Notes: a model not told the origin generated them from the letters alone. A stretch of DNA of 38,327 nucleotides from a virus (IMGVR_UViG_3300028586_000047:1-38327); one strand, 5' to 3'. Positions 8,997-16,197 are shown, numbered from the stretch's first letter. A program made the numbers and translations.

Positions 8997-9080
8997 CCCT
9001 GCTCTCCTTGTTGGCGCCGGCACGGCCGGCTTCGGTGTTGGTGCCGGTTACGTCTCCGGCGCCGCTGGTGCGGCCGTGGC

Positions 9081-9209
9081 GTGGTGGCCGGTGCTGATCT
9101 CCGGCTTGCTCGGTGCGCAGGGCCAATCCCCGAGCGCTTGTTGTCTCCGCCTATTAGGCCGTCGAGTCCCGCCTCAACATCACTGCGCATCAGCCTGCGC
9201 ATTCACCAC
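9081..9209 (-). ncRNA. Candidate structured RNA with kissing loops
   Basis: Closing stem GTGGTG/CACCAC, hairpins GCGCA-GGCTGA-TGCGC and GCCGG-AGATCAGCA-CCGGC; loops are complementary. Confidence 0.6.
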
Positions 9210-9315
9210 AGGTATGGGGACTCGGATTCGAACCGAGACTGTCAGGGTATTCACCCCTGCCTCTGCCGGGCCTCGCGTCCGAGGCGCTGTATTGGGCTAT
9301 CCCCATGCCTGTGGT
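9205..9315 (-). ncRNA. tRNA-like RNA (pseudo-tRNA)
   Basis: Acceptor ATGGGGA/TCCCCAT, T8A9, perfect T-arm CTCGG-TTCGAAT-CCGAG, D-loop with inserted hairpin, irregular anticodon arm, no encoded CCA. Confidence 0.7.
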
Positions 9316-9342
9316 CACCGGATACGCCGGTGAGGCGCCCTG

Positions 9343-9537
9343 CTACTTCGCCGCTGCTGCGGCCTTGCCGTGCTGGTAGATGCGCCAGGCGTCGGTAGGT
9401 GGGCAGAGCAGCTGCTCGGTACGCACCCAGTGCTCGAGCACGGCGCGTTCGCCGGCGGCTTCGCACCTGGTGCAGTCGAGGTAGCCGAGCAGGCTCTTCG
9501 ACAGGCTGCCGGTGTCGTCGCAATGGGCGCAGATCAC
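9343..9537 (-). CDS. Small CxxC...CxxC protein
   Basis: CAHC and CTRC; GTGA-coupled. Confidence 0.7.
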   Translation of the reverse strand: MICAHCDDTGSLSKSLLGYLDCTRCEAAGERAVLEHWVRTEQLLCPPTDAWRIYQHGKAAAAAK

Positions 9538-9881
9538 GCGACCGCCACGGTGTCGAGGTAGCGGTGAATTCGGTCGGTGATGGAAACTTCACGATGCTCG
9601 CGCTTGATGGCTGCGAGCTCGCGCTGCGCCATCGCCTCGGCTTCGGCCCAGATCAGGTCGGTGATGACGCCCTGCAGACTGTTCGTGCCGGCGAGCGATT
9701 CGAGGATCAAGGCTGTCAGCGCCTGGTCATCGGCCAGGTAGTCACCCAGGCAGTCGAGCAGCAGCTTCGTGGTCTTCGGCTGGCCGGCGCGGATCGACGC
9801 CAGCATTGCGGCGGTTTTCTCACGCGCCAAGGTCAGCAGCGCATCGTCGCGCTGCTCAGGGGATGGGTCGTTACGAGCCAT
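9534..9881 (-). CDS. Hypothetical protein, first gene of the PL operon, 115 aa
   Basis: GGAG RBS before MARNDP; about 50 nt downstream of the PL -10. Confidence 0.75.
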   Translation of the reverse strand: MARNDPSPEQRDDALLTLAREKTAAMLASIRAGQPKTTKLLLDCLGDYLADDQALTALILESLAGTNSLQGVITDLIWAEAEAMAQRELAAIKREHREVSITDRIHRYLDTVAVA

Positions 9882-9933
9882 GTCAGTCTCCAGTCGGCTG
9901 CTCGGCGGGTGCTGAGCGGGTTGCGATGGAGGG

Positions 9934-9996
9934 ATATTAGGACAAGCTAATTTTTGTGTCAATAGGAACTCCTAACTTTTTATTAGGACACGCTAT
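9934..9996 (-). promoter_or_regulatory. PL promoter with three operators (OL1-3)
   Basis: TTGACA(9962-9957)-17-TAATAT(9939-9934). Operators TTAGGACAAGCTAA 9937-9950, ATAGGAACTCCTAA 9962-9975, TTAGGACACGCTAT 9983-9996. Confidence 0.88.
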
Positions 9997-10027
9997 AATT
10001 TGGTCACGCCGGCGCGGCACCAGGGCG

Positions 10028-10049
10028 AAAAAAGCCCGCGAGTGCGGGC
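10028..10049 (-). terminator. Intrinsic terminator insulating PL from the cI-direction transcript
   Basis: GCCCGC-GAGT-GCGGGC stem with T6 on the minus strand. Confidence 0.8.
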
Positions 10050-10061
10050 ATGGAGGATGGG

Positions 10062-10463
10062 ATGAAAATTGGTGATTTGAGCGGCGCGCTACTGGACTAT
10101 TGGGTGGCGCGGGCGGAGGGGAGATTGCAGCCCGTGATTTCTGGCGGAAAGTGCCTAGTTTCGGATGGGTTGATCATCGTCACGGTTGGAGGTCAGGCGC
10201 TCGAATTACCGGGGTATTCACCGGATCAGCCCTACTCGCCTTCGATCGACTGGGCCCAGGCCGGGCCGATCATCGAGCGACTGACCATCCTTGTACAACC
10301 ATGGCACGATCGAGGCTATGCTGCGACTTTGGGTGAAACCGCCGAGCATGAGCTTCAAGTAGATGCATTCGGCTCCACCTATCTCGAAGCTGCGATGCGA
10401 TGCTGTTTAGTTGCACGCTTTGGGAAGCGCGCTGATTTATCGACAACTAATTTACATCCCTGA
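10062..10463 (+). CDS. NinX/DUF2591-like phage protein
   Basis: LSG..LDYWVARAEG...YSPS.DW.Q.GPIIER...T.LEAAMRC; GGAGG RBS. Confidence 0.85.
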   Translation: MKIGDLSGALLDYWVARAEGRLQPVISGGKCLVSDGLIIVTVGGQALELPGYSPDQPYSPSIDWAQAGPIIERLTILVQPWHDRGYAATLGETAEHELQVDAFGSTYLEAAMRCCLVARFGKRADLSTTNLHP

Positions 10464-10998
10464 AATCGCTGATTACTGCCAAGTTTGATAATCGCTGGCT
10501 TATATCGCCGTTGTCAGCAACATCAATAAGCCATTGTGAAATGCCTCGACATATGTCACGACAGAAGATGTCTACTTGAAGCTGTAGTACTGTTTCTGTC
10601 GTGTTCATATGACGCACCCCACCACTTCCTGGAGGGTAGATAAATTGAAATCTACTCAGTACTTTTTGCGCGTTTTGGCCATCAATGAGAAATTCGCCCT
10701 GATGTAGAAAAGCACACCGCAGAGCATAACAATCAGAGCCGCACAGGAACGTTTTTAACTCTGGCTCTTCAAATTTCGAGCCGCCAAGATATTCCCTCAT
10801 AATCTCTGGCATGGTAAAAAGATGCTGATAGGAAGTTAACATGTATTTGTCAAACCATTTTACGTACCTTGCCGGAGGCCTTGAGTCTGGATCTTCAGTG
10901 CGCCCACAGATATCGGGCACGCTCAACGCCATCAAAAGCGCGGCATACCAATTTTCAGTGACAAGCGATTTTTCGATTGATTCTATGAAATGTCGCAT
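10447..10998 (-). CDS. Putative HEPN-like protein
   Basis: Helical, WYAAL.MAL..PDICG, Y..WFDKY, R-x4-H motif RCAFLH; AT-rich. Confidence 0.7.
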   Translation of the reverse strand: MRHFIESIEKSLVTENWYAALLMALSVPDICGRTEDPDSRPPARYVKWFDKYMLTSYQHLFTMPEIMREYLGGSKFEEPELKTFLCGSDCYALRCAFLHQGEFLIDGQNAQKVLSRFQFIYPPGSGGVRHMNTTETVLQLQVDIFCRDICRGISQWLIDVADNGDISQRLSNLAVISDFRDVN

Positions 10999-11057
10999 AT
11001 GCGTGTAGGCCTTTCAGGGCAGTCGTGGTTTTCTTCCGGCGCCGAGCTGGGCGAGAA

Positions 11058-11396
11058 TTATTTAGACGGCATCAGTTCATGCGACAGCTTTCCCGCCTTT
11101 CTCCAAAACTCTTCTTCCAGGTGACGAAATGTCTTATGAAAAGCAGCCCCCGCAATCTTCGCAGCATCTGGCGGCATATCGGGCGCAAAAGGAAATTGAG
11201 TTTCTGCGCGAAGCACGCGCAGGGTTTCCGAAAACGAGTAGCACAGAAGAGCCCGACTTTGTTCGGGATGCTCGACAGCGCATCCGTGCCGCGACAGCAA
11301 AGATAGTAGCCGCGCTTCACCAAAGTCAGACCAAAACACCTGATGGGCAACCGCTTCACCCAACTGTTCGTAAATGCTCTCGTCGTAGGAAGTCAT
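11058..11396 (-). CDS. Hypothetical protein, 112 aa
   Basis: ATGA-type overlap with the upstream gene in the cI operon. Confidence 0.65.
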   Translation of the reverse strand: MTSYDESIYEQLGEAVAHQVFWSDFGEARLLSLLSRHGCAVEHPEQSRALLCYSFSETLRVLRAETQFPFAPDMPPDAAKIAGAAFHKTFRHLEEEFWRKAGKLSHELMPSK

Positions 11397-11767
11397 AACT
11401 TCTTATCTTGAATCGTGCACTGACCCGCAATCGTTGGGTTTCCGCCCACTATCAAGGCCGCCATGTTGTAATTACGAAAACGAAGAGTGTACTTATTGAT
11501 TACCAGTTCAAAAAACAACTTTCCATCGATTTCGGTTTTAGTCTGGTACTCGGTGTCAGTTTCAACAAACTTACGACTTTCATTAACAGGAAAAAGTACC
11601 GCCTCTAATTTTTTCGTGTCAAATAAAAGATCCACTCCACCAGGGAGGCGCTCCGATGTATCGGGCCTGCACTTTAAGTAAATTTTTTCATCACTAGTGT
11701 TCGCAGAGGCCAAATGAGAGAAAATTAACCCCGCAAAGACTAGACCGATTGACAGTATTCGCTTCAT
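11393..11767 (-). CDS. Exported protein with signal peptide
   Basis: MKRILSIGLVFAGLIFSHLASA (AxA cleavage); two Cys; starts 6 nt after the cI stop; AT-rich. Confidence 0.8.
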   Translation of the reverse strand: MKRILSIGLVFAGLIFSHLASANTSDEKIYLKCRPDTSERLPGGVDLLFDTKKLEAVLFPVNESRKFVETDTEYQTKTEIDGKLFFELVINKYTLRFRNYNMAALIVGGNPTIAGQCTIQDKKL

Positions 11768-11773
11768 GTCTCT

Positions 11774-12487
11774 TTATGTCCTTCTAAGCTTTTTTCGGTG
11801 CTCCGTCACGACCCCGATCACGATCAAATGCTCCGTATCGCTTCTGAGCGTTGGGTAATCCTCATTGAGGGGAACTAGCTCAAAAACCATTTCACCATTC
11901 GCATCAATCCCGCGTGGACGATATTTCTTAAAAGTCGCCTGTTCGCTCCCATTGCGAGCCACAACAAAATCCCCAGGGTTTGGCGCCAACTCAGGATCAA
12001 CAATGATTCGGTCGCCAGGCTGGAAATGTGGTGACATTGATAGCCCCTCCACTTCTAACGCAAACGCCCAGCGCGATAGATCTTGGTCGGTGAACTCAAG
12101 CGCATAACCAGCGCCCGGCGGATAAGGACTCTCAATGTCACGCAATGCGCCCGCCTGAACCGAGGATATGACCGGCACGGGACGCATGCCTATCGGCACT
12201 GGCGACACGTTTATGTCGAATTCGGGGAGTCGCGGCCTTTGATCCGTTGCTCCATACAGTGCGGCTGGCTCGTTCGGCTCGATTGACCCCTGCCCTGTGG
12301 CCAACCAGTTCTGGTTGACCCGTAGGACGCGCGCGGCCTGCAGCAGATTCTCTCCCCGTAGGAATTTTGACTTACCACTCAACCAGCCGTGGACACTTGG
12401 CGGCTTCACGCCGCAGGCGCGTGCAAGCTCGACTTGGCTCACGCCAGCTCGCTCCATCGCCAACTTAATTCTTTCGGATAACAACAT
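11774..12487 (-). CDS. cI: CI-type repressor (HTH + S24 peptidase)
   Basis: N-terminal Xre HTH, VQAG cleavage site, catalytic GLSM and TFKK. Confidence 0.95.
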   Translation of the reverse strand: MLLSERIKLAMERAGVSQVELARACGVKPPSVHGWLSGKSKFLRGENLLQAARVLRVNQNWLATGQGSIEPNEPAALYGATDQRPRLPEFDINVSPVPIGMRPVPVISSVQAGALRDIESPYPPGAGYALEFTDQDLSRWAFALEVEGLSMSPHFQPGDRIIVDPELAPNPGDFVVARNGSEQATFKKYRPRGIDANGEMVFELVPLNEDYPTLRSDTEHLIVIGVVTEHRKKLRRT

Positions 12488-12553
12488 TAGGTAATCCTAA
12501 TGGGTTCTCGATTAGGAGTGGCTATTGACATTGCTATTAGCAACTCCTAATAT
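12487..12553 (+). promoter_or_regulatory. PR promoter with three operators (OR1-3)
   Basis: TTGACA(12525-12530)-17-TAATAT(12548-12553). Operators TTAGGTAATCCTAA 12487-12500, TTAGGAGTGGCTAT 12512-12525, TTAGCAACTCCTAA 12537-12550. Confidence 0.88.
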
Positions 12554-12582
12554 GGCAGTACCTTCAACCAACACTGACTCCC

Positions 12583-12810
12583 ATGACTGCGAGTGAAATT
12601 ATTGACAAGCTTGGTGGCCCGACCGCAGTGGCCCGCTTGCTGAACGTCAAACCGCCCTCCGTACACGCATGGCGCAACGGTGGCATTCCTGATGACAAAT
12701 TGATCCGCTTGGCGCCGACACTCGAGAAGGCCGGTATCGCGACCCGTCAGCAGCTCCGCCCGGATGACTGGCAACAAATCTGGCCAGAGCTGGCACCCCA
12801 GCCGCAGTAA
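12583..12810 (+). CDS. cro: Cro-like repressor
   Basis: Divergent from cI; LGGPTAVARLLNVKPPSVHAW HTH, C-terminal LRPDDWQQIWPEL. Confidence 0.92.
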   Translation: MTASEIIDKLGGPTAVARLLNVKPPSVHAWRNGGIPDDKLIRLAPTLEKAGIATRQQLRPDDWQQIWPELAPQPQ

Positions 12811-12884
12811 CCCTGCGGCTTTTACACGCCCCTGCACTTGCCGATTGGCTCGTGCTCATCACCACCCACCGAGCGAGATTGACC

Positions 12885-13181
12885 ATGTCCTACAGCTACG
12901 ACTACCCCGAGCACCTGATCACCCAAGTCATCCTCGCCGCCCAAGCGCGCGGCGAAGACCCGACGGACGCTGCAATCAGTGCTGCCGAGGCCTACGCCTC
13001 AGGCCTGGCAGCGTTCGAGAAAATGCCGCTCGTCGAAGACGCGAACTCGCGCTACTTGCGCGAGGCCGCGGGCTGCCAGCAGGTGCAAACGGTTGGCGGC
13101 GAGTCGACTGCGCTATCACGAAGCGACCGCCCGCGAACCGGTGCCGGCAACGCCCGCGGCATCACCAGCGCGCCTGAATAA
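12885..13181 (+). CDS. Hypothetical protein, 98 aa
   Basis: ATG with GAG RBS, phage-like codon use, follows cro. Confidence 0.55.
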   Translation: MSYSYDYPEHLITQVILAAQARGEDPTDAAISAAEAYASGLAAFEKMPLVEDANSRYLREAAGCQQVQTVGGESTALSRSDRPRTGAGNARGITSAPE

Positions 13182-13428
13182 ATGGCTGCGCACCAGGCAG
13201 CGCGTTATGCCACCAAGCGTCATTTGCTTGGATGACGATGATTCGGTCGTTTGCGTCAACCGCCTGCCACAGGCGAGCTTCGGCAACCTGGGCTGTCATC
13301 GATGACTTCACATAGAAAAGTGATTCATGAACTCGAACCGCTTGGCCAAGAGCTTCAATCGCAACCAGAAGACGTTTGTAATTTTGGCCAGGCGCATCGA
13401 GATCATATGAAACGAAAAGATTGTTCAC
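13162..13428 (-). CDS. Cas2/VapD-like ferredoxin-fold small protein
   Basis: LFVSYDL..PG.NY..L...I.........ESLFYV...DANDRIIVI; GTG start with AAGGA RBS. Confidence 0.75.
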   Translation of the reverse strand: MNNLFVSYDLDAPGQNYKRLLVAIEALGQAVRVHESLFYVKSSMTAQVAEARLWQAVDANDRIIVIQANDAWWHNALPGAQPFIQARW

Positions 13429-13537
13429 GGGTGATTCCTTTCAAATAACTTGTTGTGTGGAAATGACAATTTAGCACGACTGGAATCACCGCCCAAAAGC
13501 AGTCCCACCCGTAACCCGCACCACCAAGGAAAAAACC

Positions 13538-13789
13538 ATGAGCCTCAACCCGAACACCAGAACCGAATGCCTGGAGACGCTGCTGAACCCGGCAGAAATG
13601 ACCGGCTTCACCCAGCTGAGCAAGCTGCTCGGCCTGTCGAAAAGCGCGCTGAATCGCAGCCTCATCAACAGCGCAGTTCGCACGCATGGTACGGCCCAGC
13701 CCCAAGCGATGGAATCCCGAGGTTGTCCGGGTCCCGGTCGAGCAGCTGGGCGCGCACGCGGCGTTACCACCGGCCGGAGGCATCTTTAA
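13538..13789 (+). CDS. Small basic putative transcriptional regulator (cII position)
   Basis: AAGGA RBS; LSKLLGLSKSALNRSLI resembles an RHH/HTH core. Confidence 0.6.
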   Translation: MSLNPNTRTECLETLLNPAEMTGFTQLSKLLGLSKSALNRSLINSAVRTHGTAQPQAMESRGCPGPGRAAGRARGVTTGRRHL

Positions 13790-13866
13790 TGGGTTCCGCC
13801 TGCGCCACAAAGAACCAACGAAGCAAAGGCCCAGCTCGACGCCGGCGCCTGAAAGGAATTGAAGCG

Positions 13867-14076
13867 ATGGACACACCAGCACGGGCGCCGGACGCCTCGA
13901 AGCTGCTCGCGATGACCGACAACGTCGTCATCCGCAACCGGGTTTTTAAACGCGCGCGCCGCACTGGCGAGGAGTCGCGTGAGTATGGCCGCCTCAACAA
14001 GAGCATCAACGACCTGGCGGAAACGGCTGAGAAGCTGCGCAAAGCCGAGCAGCAAGGCCAGGTGCTGCCGCCATGA
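13867..14076 (+). CDS. Hypothetical protein, 69 aa
   Basis: AAGGA RBS; ATGA-coupled to the methylase. Confidence 0.65.
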   Translation: MDTPARAPDASKLLAMTDNVVIRNRVFKRARRTGEESREYGRLNKSINDLAETAEKLRKAEQQGQVLPP

Positions 14077-14945
14077 CGACGACCACCACACATGAAGCGC
14101 CGGCACGTCCAGTGCTGCGCTACCACGGCGGAAAGTTCCGCTTGGCGCCGTGGGTCATCCGTCACTTTCCACCACACCGCTGCTATGTCGAGCCATTCGG
14201 CGGCGCTGCCGGCGTCCTGGTGCAGAAGGATCGCGCCTATGCCGAGGTCTACAACGACCTGGACGGCGACATCGTCAACGTGTTCCGCGTGCTGCGCGAC
14301 GCTGGACAGTGCGATAGCCTGATCCAGCTGCTGCTCACCCCATATGCTCGCGACGAATTCAACGCAGCTTACGAGTCGACCGATGACCCGATCGAGCGCG
14401 CGCGCCGCACCCTCGTTCGCGCTGAGATGGGGTTCGGTTCCGCCGGCGCCACGAAGGGCACGACCGGCTTTCGTATCGACACCAGACGCAAACACGGTAC
14501 CGCGCAGCAGTTGTGGGCGCGCTTCCCTGAATCGCTCGCTCGAGTATGCGCACGCCTGGCCGGCGTGATGATCGAGAACCGCCCTGCCCTCGGCATCGTT
14601 GATCAGCACGATGCCGAAGACACGCTGTTCTACGTCGACCCGCCCTACGTGATGGACACCCGCAACGTGGGGGCGAAGCACGGCCGCTATTACGACTACG
14701 AGATGAAGGACGATGACCATGTCCAGCTGCTGGAGAAGCTACTGACCGTGAAAGGCATGGTTGTCCTGAGTGGCTACTCAAGCGCGATGTACCTGGGCGC
14801 ACTGCAGGGCTGGGCCATGGCCAGCACCGAAGCCAGGATCTCGGCCGCCCGAGGTACTGCCATGCGCACCGAATGTCTGTGGCTGAACCCGGCAGCATCC
14901 CGCGCGCTCGATCGCACTGGTTTATTCGGACAGGCGGCACCATGA
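14073..14945 (+). CDS. DNA adenine methyltransferase (D12/Dam class), orphan
   Basis: LRYHGGK, YVEPFGGAAGV (motif I), YVDPPY (motif IV), TECLWLN. Confidence 0.93.
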   Translation: MTTTTTHEAPARPVLRYHGGKFRLAPWVIRHFPPHRCYVEPFGGAAGVLVQKDRAYAEVYNDLDGDIVNVFRVLRDAGQCDSLIQLLLTPYARDEFNAAYESTDDPIERARRTLVRAEMGFGSAGATKGTTGFRIDTRRKHGTAQQLWARFPESLARVCARLAGVMIENRPALGIVDQHDAEDTLFYVDPPYVMDTRNVGAKHGRYYDYEMKDDDHVQLLEKLLTVKGMVVLSGYSSAMYLGALQGWAMASTEARISAARGTAMRTECLWLNPAASRALDRTGLFGQAAP

Positions 14946-15949
14946 ATTACTTCGAACACCACATCGGCGATTATGCCGAAGCCACAGCCCACCTGACGTT
15001 CGTCGAGGATGCGGCATACAGCCGCATGATCCGCAAGTATTACGCTACCGAGAAGCCGCTGCCTGTCGATGTGAAAGCTGTGCAACGCTTGGTCGGCGCC
15101 CGCAGCAAGGAAGAGCGCGACGCCGTCGCAACCGTGCTGAATGAGTTCTTCGAGCTGGCTGCCGATGGCTGGCACAACCACCGCTGCGATACGGAGATCT
15201 CACGCTTCCGTGATGGCGAGCCTGAGCGCGAAGCGAAGAAGGCGAACGAGGACAACCGCCTGAAACGCCACCGCGAGGAACGCGCTCGCCTATTCAAGGC
15301 CTTGACCGACAACGGCTTGCACGCACCCTGGAACATCGCGATGAACGAGTTGCGGGCCATGGTGAAAGCGTTGCCTGATACGCCACTTGATACACCTGCC
15401 TCGCCGTTACCTGCAACGGCACCTGCAACGCCTGCAACGGCTACCCAATCACCAATCACCACTACCCAAGTAAACATCTCTAATCCTGAATCGTCGTCTC
15501 AAGCCTCAAACGAAGTTGGCCCTAAATTTCGAGACGACGATCGATCGGAGGAAGTGAAGCGCGAAAACCAGATCGCCGCACTGCTGCGAGCCCATGGCAT
15601 CGAGACCCCGCCCAGCAGCCTGGCAACGCTCAAATCCTGGGCTGCGATCGCGGAGGTGACGAACGACGTGCTGACGGCCGCGATCACCAAAGCTCGCAAG
15701 GCCAAGCCAGGGGAAGAGATCCCACTCAAGTACCTGGCCAAGACGATCACGACCGTGCTCGAGGAGCAAGCCGCCGCGCCAGCGCCGGTGGTTGTGCCGA
15801 CAGCTGCATTCCGTCTCAAGTCCGTTGCTGACCATCAGCCCGCGCCTCCAGAAGGCACCGACCCGAAAGGCCTGGACGAGAGCTACGAGGCATACCAGGC
15901 CCGAATCGATGCCGCCGAAGCCGCACGGCGCAGGAAGCAAGCCCCATGA
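14942..15949 (+). CDS. YdaU/DUF1376-family replication initiator
   Basis: MNYFEHHIGDY..ATAHL...E..AY.R....YY.TE.PLP, W.N.RCD.EI. Confidence 0.88.
   Translation: MNYFEHHIGDYAEATAHLTFVEDAAYSRMIRKYYATEKPLPVDVKAVQRLVGARSKEERDAVATVLNEFFELAADGWHNHRCDTEISRFRDGEPEREAKKANEDNRLKRHREERARLFKALTDNGLHAPWNIAMNELRAMVKALPDTPLDTPASPLPATAPATPATATQSPITTTQVNISNPESSSQASNEVGPKFRDDDRSEEVKRENQIAALLRAHGIETPPSSLATLKSWAAIAEVTNDVLTAAITKARKAKPGEEIPLKYLAKTITTVLEEQAAAPAPVVVPTAAFRLKSVADHQPAPPEGTDPKGLDESYEAYQARIDAAEAARRRKQAP
15410..15439 (+). repeat. CCTGCAACG x3, candidate origin iterons
   Basis: Copies at 15410, 15422 and 15431 inside the initiator gene linker. Confidence 0.5.
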
Positions 15950-16197
15950 CCCGCGAGCACGCACCCTGCGTCATGTGCGCCAGGTTCACGACCATCGGCC
16001 ACGTCGACGAAGCCCGCAAGGGCAACGGCTACTGCGAAGGCTGGGAGAAGCTCGTGCCCTGGAACTGGCAACCGTGCGTGCTGTTCAACGCGGCCAAGAA
16101 CGTGAGGCAGAGGGAGACGTTTGCAGCAAAGCATTCGCAGCCCGAGCCTGATCGAGACCAATTCGCGCGCGAGAGCGCCACAACCGCAGCATCTTAG
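15946..16197 (+). CDS. Cys-rich hypothetical protein
   Basis: CVMC..F...G.C...PC..F; ATGA-coupled. Confidence 0.7.
   Translation: MTREHAPCVMCARFTTIGHVDEARKGNGYCEGWEKLVPWNWQPCVLFNAAKNVRQRETFAAKHSQPEPDRDQFARESATTAAS

Noticed and set aside
9213-9306. Functional tRNA-Phe(GAA)
   Set aside because: Short anticodon stem, non-canonical positions 32/37, D-loop insertion and no CCA
8873-9333. ORFs crossing the structured RNA block (8873-9202, 8929-9126, 9076-9333)
   Set aside because: No convincing RBS, low-complexity Arg/Gly/Ala-rich translations; RNA structure explains the region better, though a small peptide is not excluded
13162-13428. CRISPR-Cas locus
   Set aside because: No cas1, effector genes or repeat-spacer array in the window
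14073-14945. Restriction-modification system
   Set aside because: No adjacent endonuclease gene
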